Virus record (IMG/VR): IMGVR_UViG_3300023109_003296
Coordinates: 1 to 64,000 of that record
From: a virus
Length of the DNA stretch: 64,000 nt
Reading direction: 5' to 3' (one strand)
Shown: positions 27,890 through 37,023 of the stretch, piece by piece
Numbering within the stretch: the first letter of the stretch is position 1
How the letters are laid out: each line of letters begins with the position of its first letter
Position numbers and translations under genes: made by a program
Notes under the pieces: generated by a model
What the model was told of the DNA's origin: nothing
The model's database searches: none
What the model saw: only the letters and a program-made list of their open reading frames with translations

Positions 27890-28293
27890 AAATATGTATC
27901 TTGGTCATTAAATAAGGATGCATTTATCTCATCCGTAGTATAAACCTCTACCAACTTTATATCATTTATTTCACAGAAGTCAAGTTTCTTTTGATCTCTT
28001 TTCAATTGATCCAAGTACTTTAACCTGTTCTTGTGAAAGTGTTTTACAAAACGAACATGCTGATCTCCTTGAACCTCAACTGCAACTTTTTTATTTGCAT
28101 TATAAAAATCCAAAGATAGTCTCGTACCTACGATTCTGAACTCTTCAAAAACAATATCATTACACCAATAATCCTTCAAGAAGTCTTTGACTCTATTTTG
28201 GAATTTACTTCTGCTCTTGGCTTCCCAATCAATCAAATATTTTTTAGCTCCTTTTAGGTTTCTAGGCTTACCTAATGGATCTAGAAACTTCAT
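27886..28293 (-). CDS. Vsr/DUF559-like endonuclease
   Basis: LDFY...VAVEVQGDQH...RDQKK..FC. Confidence 0.75.
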   Translation of the reverse strand: MKFLDPLGKPRNLKGAKKYLIDWEAKSRSKFQNRVKDFLKDYWCNDIVFEEFRIVGTRLSLDFYNANKKVAVEVQGDQHVRFVKHFHKNRLKYLDQLKRDQKKLDFCEINDIKLVEVYTTDEINASLFNDQDTYL

Positions 28294-29408
28294 GAGAATT
28301 CGTTGATTGCTTTTTTAAAGTATTCAACAAGGTAGCTAGATAGCTTAGGGTCATCTTCCAGGCACTTAAAAACTTTATGTTCTCCTTGTAGTTTTTCTGG
28401 GAATTCGAAATCGTTGTCCTTCAACAAATCAGCGAAGTCTTCCGTTACATTAATCCAAGAACCTTTCTTAGAAAGAAACTCCCAAGCAAATAATAAATCA
28501 ACTATTTCTTTTTCTATCCAAATAGAATTACCATCAGACCTACCGTACCTAACTGGGTATGTGATTCTTGAATTAGTTTTCTCGTTAGGAGACTTCTTTA
28601 CTGTGACATTTGCAAAATGACCCACAGGAGGATTTTTTTGCATGTCCATTTTTTTGATTGATGGGTTTTCTAAGATTATATCTTTAGTAAACCTTGGTTC
28701 AAACTCAATAATCCAGTTAGCAAAATGCAATAAAGCGTTACCTCCAGTAGCGCTGGTTTGTCTGATTGGAGCTTTTGTGTATGGATCTAATTTAATGTCG
28801 GCTCTCACTTGAGAAATAAAGAGTGCCATGTGACCTCTTTTAGCTAAAGCAATAGACATCTTCTTCATGAACGTAGCTGCGACAACCGCTCCTCCAGCCA
28901 CCTTAGCTGAGTCTTCGAATCCTTTAGCTTGGTCATTCTTTAGTAACAAGCCGTCAACAGAATCAAGAACAAAACAATATTTGGTTTTATCTTCATTGTT
29001 AATGACAAGTTGCCTCATCAAATCCACAACTGTTTCGTATATATTAGACTCAAAAACAAAACAAGTTCCCTCTACCCAATCGTCAGCATTAAAAACGAAC
29101 TTAATTCCAGAACGCTTTCTCATTTCTGGCGAAAGCCTACCTTCCGCTTTGAAGTAAACGCCCTTTGAGTTTGGTATAGTAATGAGAAAGTTTTTCATAA
29201 CCTCCAAAGCCTCTGAAGTTTTACCACCTTCATTCATGCCACAAAATCTGTGGAGTCCAGGACCAAAGCCACCCCCCAGGTGAAGATCAAATTGAAGAGA
29301 GCCGCTTGATACTTTATAATCAATTTCTTCTTCAAAATTATAGTGGTCTTCTTTGTTATTCTTTAAGAAGTTCTTCAGTAGGTTGCTTGAATTTGTTGTA
29401 TCACTCAT
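28290..29408 (-). CDS. recA: RecA/UvsX-like recombinase
   Basis: SSGSLQFDLHLGGG, GMNEGGKTS, VLDSV, FISQVR, TGGNALLHFA. Confidence 0.85.
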   Translation of the reverse strand: MSDTTNSSNLLKNFLKNNKEDHYNFEEEIDYKVSSGSLQFDLHLGGGFGPGLHRFCGMNEGGKTSEALEVMKNFLITIPNSKGVYFKAEGRLSPEMRKRSGIKFVFNADDWVEGTCFVFESNIYETVVDLMRQLVINNEDKTKYCFVLDSVDGLLLKNDQAKGFEDSAKVAGGAVVAATFMKKMSIALAKRGHMALFISQVRADIKLDPYTKAPIRQTSATGGNALLHFANWIIEFEPRFTKDIILENPSIKKMDMQKNPPVGHFANVTVKKSPNEKTNSRITYPVRYGRSDGNSIWIEKEIVDLLFAWEFLSKKGSWINVTEDFADLLKDNDFEFPEKLQGEHKVFKCLEDDPKLSSYLVEYFKKAINEFS

Positions 29409-29868
29409 TTAAAAAATCTTTTGTTGTTTTTGTTTCTTTTCTAAGGTCTCTATCTTCTCCGACCTTTTCACCAATATTGTAATCGTCATACTTGCTTTTG
29501 TCAAGCTTGTAATTAAATGCTCTCCATTTTTTATCCATGGTGTCCTTAAGCTTTAAGCTAAGAAGATAAGCTAATGAGTCTAGTTTTTTCCAAAACGTAA
29601 CCACATTCATAAATTCGAGAGAGTACCTGTTACATAAATCATTGAGTAACTTCATCTCTCTGGCATAGAACATACGCTTACTTGTTTGTGGTTGATTAAG
29701 CAGTCTAAGAATAATTTTTCTTTTATTTATTTTAGGCTTCGCTGGGACTTTGCTACGCTGCTTCTTGATTTTAGTTGGTTCCCCAAAATTAAAACCACAA
29801 TCACAAGCTAATGTTCTAATGCCGACAAAAATATTGCATTCTGGACATCGTTTTTTACCCCTAGGCAT
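29401..29868 (-). CDS. Hypothetical protein with N-terminal Zn ribbon
   Basis: CPEC...CDC, basic composition. Confidence 0.65.
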   Translation of the reverse strand: MPRGKKRCPECNIFVGIRTLACDCGFNFGEPTKIKKQRSKVPAKPKINKRKIILRLLNQPQTSKRMFYAREMKLLNDLCNRYSLEFMNVVTFWKKLDSLAYLLSLKLKDTMDKKWRAFNYKLDKSKYDDYNIGEKVGEDRDLRKETKTTKDFLNE

Positions 29869-29877
29869 GAAGAGATC

Positions 29878-30924
29878 TTACGATAGATCTAAATCATTGT
29901 CAATCATCTTTTTAACAAGACCATAGAAATCGGTTTTTCTTACCCAACCCATTTCCTTTTCCGCAAGACTAGGATCGCCAAGAAGCAAGCTAACTTCAGC
30001 TGGTCGGTAATATTTAGGGTTGATTGTCACAAGCACTTGATCTCCGTGCATGTATTTTTGGTCGAGACCTTGACCGTCCCAATGACACTGTTCTGCACCG
30101 AATCCAGCAAAGCCAAACGCAGCCTCTACGAACTCACGAATAGTATATGTCTCGCCAGATGCTAAAACATATTCTCTCAAATCTTCGTACGAGTTTGCAG
30201 GTTGATTTAGCATTAGCCAAATACCAACCACAAAATCCTCTGCATCTGACCAATCTCTTTTGGCTTCTAGATTACCAAGCTCAAGAGGTTTAGGTGTTTT
30301 TCCGTCTCTGATCTCCTTGACGATTCTGGAAACACCTTTAGTTACTTTGCGGGTAAGAAATTCTTCGCCCCTCCTTGTTCCTTCATGATTAAATAACCAT
30401 CCTTGAACAGCATAAAGATTATAACTCTCTCTCCATACTTTTACCAAGTGCCTCGCAGATGCCTTAGAAGCTCCGTATGGGCTTCTTGGGCGCAGTGGGT
30501 GAGTCTCGTTCTGGGGAGAGGTTACAACATCCCCAAACTCTTCTGAGGAGCCAGCATTGTAGTACCTGCACTCTGGACAGTGCTTGCGGATAGCTTCAAG
30601 CTGATATAGTACTGCCATGCAATTTGTTTTCATGTGGTTCTCTGGCATATCCCAGCTAACACCGACAAAAGAATTTGCAGCAAAGTTTATAAAGTAATCA
30701 GGCTTTTCTTCTGAGATCACACGATCAACATTTGATTGGTCGGTTATATCAAGATCAATAAGCTTAAAGCGATCATTGTTCGCTAGGTGTTTAATGTTAT
30801 CGTGGTTTTTTACTGAAAGTCGACGTACGCCAGCAATAATGTCAATGTCGGTGTTCGCCAACAAATAATCAACCATGTGGCTACCATCCTGCCCCGTTAC
30901 TCCTGTTATGATTGCTTTACTCAT
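29878..30924 (-). CDS. gmd: GDP-mannose 4,6-dehydratase
   Basis: ITGVTGQDGS, AANSFV..SW, SSEEFG, PRSPYGASK, LFNHEG.RRG.EF.TRK, LGNL.AKRDW, RPAEV..LLGD. Confidence 0.95.
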   Translation of the reverse strand: MSKAIITGVTGQDGSHMVDYLLANTDIDIIAGVRRLSVKNHDNIKHLANNDRFKLIDLDITDQSNVDRVISEEKPDYFINFAANSFVGVSWDMPENHMKTNCMAVLYQLEAIRKHCPECRYYNAGSSEEFGDVVTSPQNETHPLRPRSPYGASKASARHLVKVWRESYNLYAVQGWLFNHEGTRRGEEFLTRKVTKGVSRIVKEIRDGKTPKPLELGNLEAKRDWSDAEDFVVGIWLMLNQPANSYEDLREYVLASGETYTIREFVEAAFGFAGFGAEQCHWDGQGLDQKYMHGDQVLVTINPKYYRPAEVSLLLGDPSLAEKEMGWVRKTDFYGLVKKMIDNDLDLS

Positions 30925-30942
30925 ATACACTATAGTATATAG

Positions 30943-31836
30943 TTAGTTATTATTTTCAAGCCATCGTTTAAGTTTTAAAGATGGGCCCCAATCTAATAAT
31001 TTTTTTGCTTTTTTATTGCAAGACAGACTTTCTCTTGGCTCCTGCCTCTCACTCACAAATGTTTTTTCGCCCCCTATTGCATCTGCTATTTCCTTAACTG
31101 AGGTTGCTTGATTTGATCCTATATTTATAGACTCTCCTTTTCCCACGTTTTGTGATGTCATGGCCAACATGTTAGCGGAAGCAACATCACCGACATAAAT
31201 AAAATCCCTAGTTTGATTTCCATCACCGACAATAGTCAGGGGTTTGTGTTCTTTTTTTTGCTTGAGAAACACACCTACTACAGAACTATAATCACCGCTA
31301 ACTGGCTGACCTTCTCCAAATACATTAAAGTACCTTAAGTTGACAGTTTCTAATCCGTATGCATGACTAAACAACCGACAATATTCTTCACTTATTAATT
31401 TTTGTAATCCGTATGGGCTACATGGTTTTTTTTTAGAACCTTCTTTTGTAGGTAAATTTTTTACATTACCATAAACAGCGGAAGAAGAGCTGTTAACAAC
31501 CCTTTTGACTCCAGTATCTTTAGCCCATGTCAAGATGTTTAAAGTTCCGTCTACGTTTTGTTTGTTGTAATTGATAGGATCCTCTATCGACTCTTGAACT
31601 TTTGTTAATGCCGCTAAATGAAAAACCCCATCAGAGCCAGACATCTCCTGTTTAATTATACGCTCGTACATCGAGTTTGAAATGTCAGCAAAACAAACCT
31701 TTGCTTTTTTGTTAATGTTCGCTTTTTTGCCACTTATAAAATTATCGATGACAGTAACTGTGTGTCCTTGGTTAATTAGTAGATCAACAAGACGGCAGCC
31801 TATGAAGCCAGCTCCTCCTATAACTATATATTTCAT
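30943..31836 (-). CDS. NAD-dependent nucleotide-sugar epimerase/dehydratase (GalE/WbpP-like)
   Basis: GGAGFIG, FHLAA, SSSAVYG, YGLQK, RYFNVFG, GDG.QTRDF. Confidence 0.88.
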   Translation of the reverse strand: MKYIVIGGAGFIGCRLVDLLINQGHTVTVIDNFISGKKANINKKAKVCFADISNSMYERIIKQEMSGSDGVFHLAALTKVQESIEDPINYNKQNVDGTLNILTWAKDTGVKRVVNSSSSAVYGNVKNLPTKEGSKKKPCSPYGLQKLISEEYCRLFSHAYGLETVNLRYFNVFGEGQPVSGDYSSVVGVFLKQKKEHKPLTIVGDGNQTRDFIYVGDVASANMLAMTSQNVGKGESINIGSNQATSVKEIADAIGGEKTFVSERQEPRESLSCNKKAKKLLDWGPSLKLKRWLENNN

Positions 31837-32603
31837 ATTTGAATCCAGTCTTTACACTTAATAAAACTGTCGTTAGTGTTATCTCCAAACCATTTTTTAG
31901 GACATATTACTATTTTGTTTGGGTTTTTATTTAACCAGGCTCCCCACCAACTGAAGCTACTGTTAGCTATGATATTGTCAGAACACAGAGACATATAATG
32001 TAAGTCCTCTATATTTGTATTACCTTCCATAAAAATAACATTTGGAATATTTAAGTTTTCCTTGCACCAATCTATATCGTCAGAAAAAACAAATATGTTC
32101 CCCTTTGGTTTAATCAACTCTAGCGCTTTTTCGTAATAAGATATAGGCTGTAGCGGATGTATATGTTGTAGGCCGACATAGTCCCCACGACGAATATGAA
32201 TAGAGCAAGAGTTTTCAAAATCAAAATCTTTTGCTTTCGGCCAATAGAATAAATCTAATATTTCATCTCTATACTTATTATAATACTCTTCGCACTGCCA
32301 ATAACCATTGAGATAATAATTATTATCAGCTTTTATTTCTGGCTTTTTAAAATTAAAGTCGTCAGTTATTATGTGTGCCGACTTCTGACTAAAGAAGTGT
32401 AAAATATGTTGGTTCGATATAGGTATATTACCTTTTATTATTTTTGGCAATTCGTATTCTCTTGCATCAACCGAGTAATTATGATCTTGGTTTTTATAAA
32501 AAGAAACGTCAAAGTAAACTTCATTGTTCTTAGACAAAGCATATCCATAAGCCCATTGGAAAAGTTGATTGCATAAACCAGCTTGTAATTTAAATATTAT
32601 CAT
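31833..32603 (-). CDS. GT11 alpha-1,2-fucosyltransferase
   Basis: GLCNQLFQ, GYWQ, SIHIRRGDY, VFSDDI.WC, IIANSSFSWWGAWL. Confidence 0.92.
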   Translation of the reverse strand: MIIFKLQAGLCNQLFQWAYGYALSKNNEVYFDVSFYKNQDHNYSVDAREYELPKIIKGNIPISNQHILHFFSQKSAHIITDDFNFKKPEIKADNNYYLNGYWQCEEYYNKYRDEILDLFYWPKAKDFDFENSCSIHIRRGDYVGLQHIHPLQPISYYEKALELIKPKGNIFVFSDDIDWCKENLNIPNVIFMEGNTNIEDLHYMSLCSDNIIANSSFSWWGAWLNKNPNKIVICPKKWFGDNTNDSFIKCKDWIQI

Positions 32604-32618
32604 TAACTATTATTTTAT

Positions 32619-33185
32619 TCATAAAGACCAAGAGCAAACAGTAGGAAATACTGTAGGCTGTTTTTTGTAATTATACTTCTCGTTATCTATAATATTCCAA
32701 CCGTAAAGATTCGGGGCAGTATTAAAATCATGAGCAAAAACAAATTCAATTCCTTTACTAAAAAAATAATTGACGCTTTCCCCTCTACCGTGGAAACCTT
32801 GGTCAACAAAAGCTACATCAATACTAGACAGATCAACAAATGATTCTAGTTCTTCGAAGTATTTTTCGAGTGCAGAAGTATCCCTTACTGATCCGTTGCT
32901 GGAAAGGAGTTTTTCATCAGATTTGTCAATACCATAATGTTCAAAGCTTCTAAAATAGCCATGCCAGTTTTCAAAGTTTTTTAAATCTTCTTCGGTTTTT
33001 TTGTACCAATAATTATTTTTAGCGGTCTCAAAAGAAAAAACAGACTTAAATTCTTCGCATAGTTTTTTTGTCCCTATTCCGCAGCCGAGTTCTATTATGT
33101 TTTTGTTTTTTTTGTTTGATATGGTGTCCAATACTGGATACCAGTTTGTATACATTTCTATTAATGTTTTTTCATCGTAAGTCAT
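32619..33185 (-). CDS. Class I SAM-dependent methyltransferase-like protein
   Basis: IIELGCGIGT, VFSFE, DVAFVD, AHD. Confidence 0.6.
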   Translation of the reverse strand: MTYDEKTLIEMYTNWYPVLDTISNKKNKNIIELGCGIGTKKLCEEFKSVFSFETAKNNYWYKKTEEDLKNFENWHGYFRSFEHYGIDKSDEKLLSSNGSVRDTSALEKYFEELESFVDLSSIDVAFVDQGFHGRGESVNYFFSKGIEFVFAHDFNTAPNLYGWNIIDNEKYNYKKQPTVFPTVCSWSL

Positions 33186-33187
33186 AA

Positions 33188-33910
33188 CTAAATAAAAGAG
33201 GATGTTTGTCTTGGTATTTGATAATTTTTGTTGTTAGGGTTTATTATTACCCCTTTATTGAGGTCAAAAATACAATTTATTCCATAACGCTCATTATCTA
33301 TAGTATCAAAAAGGTATACAATTTCATCTTTTATTTTTAATTTTTCAAAAGGGCCAATTCCATCCGTACTTTTTGAGTATAGGTATTGATACAAAAATTT
33401 AATATACAGCCCTCTGTTATGAGGGTTGTCGTCAGCGGGATTGTTAACGCAAAATCTAATAAGTTCAAGAAGTATGGGGCTTTTTCTTTTTGCGGCAATT
33501 ATACCGTTAGCCATAATTTTTTCAACAGTCTTAGTTTGGCCATTTCTAAAAGTACAGCTAAAACCCTCCGCACCTCTTCCAAAAGAAGTTATAAAATCAC
33601 CCATAAAAGACAACTCTTTAAACGGCAACAAAACTTCTAAGTCAACATCTAAATAAAAACCTCCACGAAGATATAATAGGCAGTATCTCATCAAGTCTGA
33701 CTTATGACAAAGCCTGGGGAGTTTGTCTATTGTTTGGCATATTATGTTCGGGTCTATACCATCAAACTCTTTAAGTATAAGATCTTTACCTTCATCAAAA
33801 TCAAAAATGTTGTAACTGTATGTTGGGTTCAGGGTTTTTATTCTGTCTGTTATTAACTCTGGAACTAATTTTTTGTCGTGGTAGATTTGAAATATGTTTT
33901 TGGGTATCAT
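33188..33910 (-). CDS. GT32 (OCH1-like) DXD glycosyltransferase
   Basis: MIPKNIFQ, KSDLMRYCLLYLRGGFYLDVD. Confidence 0.88.
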   Translation of the reverse strand: MIPKNIFQIYHDKKLVPELITDRIKTLNPTYSYNIFDFDEGKDLILKEFDGIDPNIICQTIDKLPRLCHKSDLMRYCLLYLRGGFYLDVDLEVLLPFKELSFMGDFITSFGRGAEGFSCTFRNGQTKTVEKIMANGIIAAKRKSPILLELIRFCVNNPADDNPHNRGLYIKFLYQYLYSKSTDGIGPFEKLKIKDEIVYLFDTIDNERYGINCIFDLNKGVIINPNNKNYQIPRQTSSFI

Positions 33911-33911
33911 G

Positions 33912-34574
33912 CTAAATGTTTCTTTGTATTTGAGACTTTTCTGAATCCATTATAGACTGTGGGACCTTTATTGATATTGAGTTGTCATTTAAATAGTAAT
34001 TAGCAAATGCAAAATCAATATACTTCGGTTCCCATTTTTTCATAATCCTAACCCAATAATCGTAATCCCAACAAAGTCTCATTTCTTCATTGAATTCACC
34101 TATTTTTAAATAAACTTCTTTTTTAAAAAAACAAGATGGCTGCGGAATATAATTAGCTTCCTTCATATCCTTTAGGTTTACTCTTTCTTTGTAATATGTG
34201 CCAGTAGCTTTTCCGTTAACATGGTAATTCAACCTTCCAAAGTACCACTTTGATTCGTCTAAGTTTTCTATTAATGTAGAAAAAGCATTTTCACAAAAAC
34301 AATCGTCATGGTGAAAAACACTAATGATGTCTCCTGTTGTATGCTTGATAGCCTGATTGCAAGCATGACCTAAAGATGAATCTTCGCACGAAATAATCTT
34401 TATTTTATTATGATTAAAATCATTTTTTAGTTTGCCTAGCTCTTCTTCTGTTCCGTTATGTTTTATAACTATTTCCCAGTTATCATAACTTTGATTTTTA
34501 ATTTTATCAATGCAGTCAAAAAGCTTAGTATGGGAATAATCTTTTATAGCTATAATTATGCTTATTAAAATCAT
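33912..34574 (-). CDS. GT2 glycosyltransferase
   Basis: ISIII, NQSYDNWEIVI, ACNQAIK, HHDD, PQPS.FF, DYDYW. Confidence 0.85.
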   Translation of the reverse strand: MILISIIIAIKDYSHTKLFDCIDKIKNQSYDNWEIVIKHNGTEEELGKLKNDFNHNKIKIISCEDSSLGHACNQAIKHTTGDIISVFHHDDCFCENAFSTLIENLDESKWYFGRLNYHVNGKATGTYYKERVNLKDMKEANYIPQPSCFFKKEVYLKIGEFNEEMRLCWDYDYWVRIMKKWEPKYIDFAFANYYLNDNSISIKVPQSIMDSEKSQIQRNI

Positions 34575-35254
34575 GACCTTATTTTTGAGTGATTCTTATC
34601 TAATGCTATTAGCTTTGCTTTATATGGTGGGCGCAACGATTCACCATAACAATAACCTGGATCTAAAACTTTTGTCGGAGGATTATCAATAAAGTATCTA
34701 TTCATGTGACTTTCGTCATGCCAAATAGCCATGACGTTATTTTCTTTATCTATGTCTATATTGTCAGAAAGTTTTTTGCACATCTTTAAATATTCGCTAG
34801 AAGAACCCCCATTAAAACCACCAGCAAAGTATTGCATTTTTTCAAATATAGAAACACAAGCTAGTGATTCTGGGTTTGTATCAGGTGTACCTCTCCCACC
34901 GCAAAAAGCTGGATGTTGAGTAGCGACTCTTTCAGAAAGTATTTCATCTCCGACGGCATCACAAAACAGCATGTCAACGTCGCAATAGAAAAGATAATCT
35001 TTACCACATAGTTCTTCTTTGTTTCTCTCAAATATTTTATATCTTCCAAGAGTCATCCAGGGCCACTTTTTGTGATCAGTTTTTATTACATTTATTTTTC
35101 TTTTTGAAGCAATCCCCAAATCTTCATTGTCTGTGAATACAAAGTATTCCACATCAAAACCGCTAAGTAAGAACTCGTCTGCGCTAGTAATAAGATCGCT
35201 TAAAAAATCTGTATACTTATTCGTAGCTATAATTAATAAACCTACTTTTTTCAT
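34571..35254 (-). CDS. GT6 (ABO-family) alpha-1,3-GalNAc/Gal transferase
   Basis: IATNKY, YFVFTD, WPWMTLGRY, DYLFYCDVDM, YFAGGFNGG, WHDESHMNRYF. Confidence 0.92.
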   Translation of the reverse strand: MKKVGLLIIATNKYTDFLSDLITSADEFLLSGFDVEYFVFTDNEDLGIASKRKINVIKTDHKKWPWMTLGRYKIFERNKEELCGKDYLFYCDVDMLFCDAVGDEILSERVATQHPAFCGGRGTPDTNPESLACVSIFEKMQYFAGGFNGGSSSEYLKMCKKLSDNIDIDKENNVMAIWHDESHMNRYFIDNPPTKVLDPGYCYGESLRPPYKAKLIALDKNHSKIRS

Positions 35255-36003
35255 TTTTCTAAAGAGTTAATTAACATCATAAATTCAAGGCACTTTTTAT
35301 CACTAATATCTTGAGGATTCTTTTTGTAAGCAAAATCATTTTGAAAATAATAAGTATGGTCATAATGCCAAACAGTATTGTTTTCATCAAAGCTTATCCT
35401 TACGCCAGCCTCTTTCAACTTAACAGAAAAATCAATATCCTCATTATAATCAAAGCCGTTCAGTTTACCATAAAAAGGTATTTCGTTACTCCATTCTACT
35501 TCATCTAGCAAGGATCTTTTACATACAGAGAAAGCCCCACACTGATAAAGCAATGTATGAGGATCTAATGTCTCATCAAAATCATAAGAAACCATCTTAT
35601 GTCTAGGCAGGTAAATAGCTCTATCATAGTACCGACCTCCATCTGGTAAAAATATTTTAGTACCAAGAACTTTCCAATCTGGATTTTTGCTATTGTATTC
35701 CTCTAGCTTAAACAGCCAATCATTGGGAAAAATAATATCATCATCACAATGGACAATAATATCTGCGCTTGTATTTTTTGTGCCTATGTTTTTTCTCGCA
35801 CCGAGAAACTTATTATACTCGTTGTCTTCTACAAGCTTAACACCTAGATCTTTAAACTGATCTATATTGTCACCAACAATTACAATTTCGTAATTTTCTT
35901 TTACGTTGAAGTTGGCATGTATAGACTTTATACAGAGATTCGTCTCTCTTGGTCTTTCTCCATTAGAAATAATACAGAATGATACTTTAGGCTTTAGATC
36001 CAT
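35251..36003 (-). CDS. GT2 glycosyltransferase
   Basis: VSFCII, YEIVIV, ARKNIG, HCDDD, NEDIDFS. Confidence 0.82.
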   Translation of the reverse strand: MDLKPKVSFCIISNGERPRETNLCIKSIHANFNVKENYEIVIVGDNIDQFKDLGVKLVEDNEYNKFLGARKNIGTKNTSADIIVHCDDDIIFPNDWLFKLEEYNSKNPDWKVLGTKIFLPDGGRYYDRAIYLPRHKMVSYDFDETLDPHTLLYQCGAFSVCKRSLLDEVEWSNEIPFYGKLNGFDYNEDIDFSVKLKEAGVRISFDENNTVWHYDHTYYFQNDFAYKKNPQDISDKKCLEFMMLINSLEK

Positions 36004-36016
36004 AAAGGATCATAAA

Positions 36017-36985
36017 TCAAACATCATCGTTTTCAATTATTTCACAATCTTTTAAATGATCGTAGCCGTTGAAATAATCATCGTTTTCAATAACAGAGGA
36101 CTCATCCCAACCCCACTCGCTAACAGCTTCTTCGTCATCCCACTCAAGAGCTTCGGAAGAAACAGATTTATTGACAGGCTTTTTGCTCCACATCTTACAA
36201 GACCAGTAACGAGGTGTGGTTTTGTCTTTTGCGCTATCGCATTTATGTCTGGCTCTAAAGCTACGACGACGATCAGGGTCATCTCTTTTGATCTCCATAT
36301 TTGGGTCGCCAAATTTAACCATAACTACGTTGCCAGTTTTAGAGTTTTTCACATATACTCCAAACTTTTTTTTGCCATCCTTTAATCTAAAAGGCTTGTT
36401 CAAGGTTTTTTTCTCAGCTTCAGAGAACTCAAGCTCTTCAGCTTCTTGGTCTTGTTCCCAAGATTCAATGCCAGCTTTTAATAGATCAATTTTTGCTAGT
36501 TGAAATTCAATTTCTTCGAAGTCCCAGAAAGCTTCACCTTCTTTTTCGAGATAGTATTCTTCAGAACCTTTTGCAATATCGCTGTCAGCAGCTTTGTAAG
36601 ACTTTTTAACTTTGCCACCTCTAGCCATTTTCAGGAAAGTATTTACTCTAGCCATTGCCCATTGACCTCTAGTCATTCCAGGTCTGTGACTAGAACTAAA
36701 TGCACCAGCACCTCTACGATATACTTTTTTAAGTTGAGCAAGAGTAACTTTCTTGGAGTGTTTTTCGTTATGTTCTTTAACTTTTGTTTGTAAAGCAGAA
36801 ATAACTTTATCAGAAAACGTTATTTTTTTACCATCTTTACCAGCACTACCCTTCTCGTTTTTGCTAGAACCTTCTTTTTTTTCGCTTTTTTTAGCAGGTG
36901 TTTGAGCCGAACCTTTTGGTCCTGGTCTTTTTGCTGACTGGCTTTCTAAAAACGTTTTTGCTTGGTCTGAAAAATCGTACTCCAT
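36017..36985 (-). CDS. Two-domain basic hypothetical viral protein
   Basis: LKKVYRRGAGAF..SHRPG....WAMARVN and KFGDPNM...RRRSFRARHKC...YWSCKMW blocks; function unknown. Confidence 0.7.
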   Translation of the reverse strand: MEYDFSDQAKTFLESQSAKRPGPKGSAQTPAKKSEKKEGSSKNEKGSAGKDGKKITFSDKVISALQTKVKEHNEKHSKKVTLAQLKKVYRRGAGAFSSSHRPGMTRGQWAMARVNTFLKMARGGKVKKSYKAADSDIAKGSEEYYLEKEGEAFWDFEEIEFQLAKIDLLKAGIESWEQDQEAEELEFSEAEKKTLNKPFRLKDGKKKFGVYVKNSKTGNVVMVKFGDPNMEIKRDDPDRRRSFRARHKCDSAKDKTTPRYWSCKMWSKKPVNKSVSSEALEWDDEEAVSEWGWDESSVIENDDYFNGYDHLKDCEIIENDDV

Positions 36986-37023
36986 GTTAATTCTTTACAC
37001 TAAAATTTTAAAAAAATGAAATA

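Noticed and set aside
29878-36003. Bacterial O-antigen locus (host DNA or chimera)
   Set aside because: No wzx/wzy/wzm; contiguous and co-oriented with phage recA and nrd genes, with similar composition.
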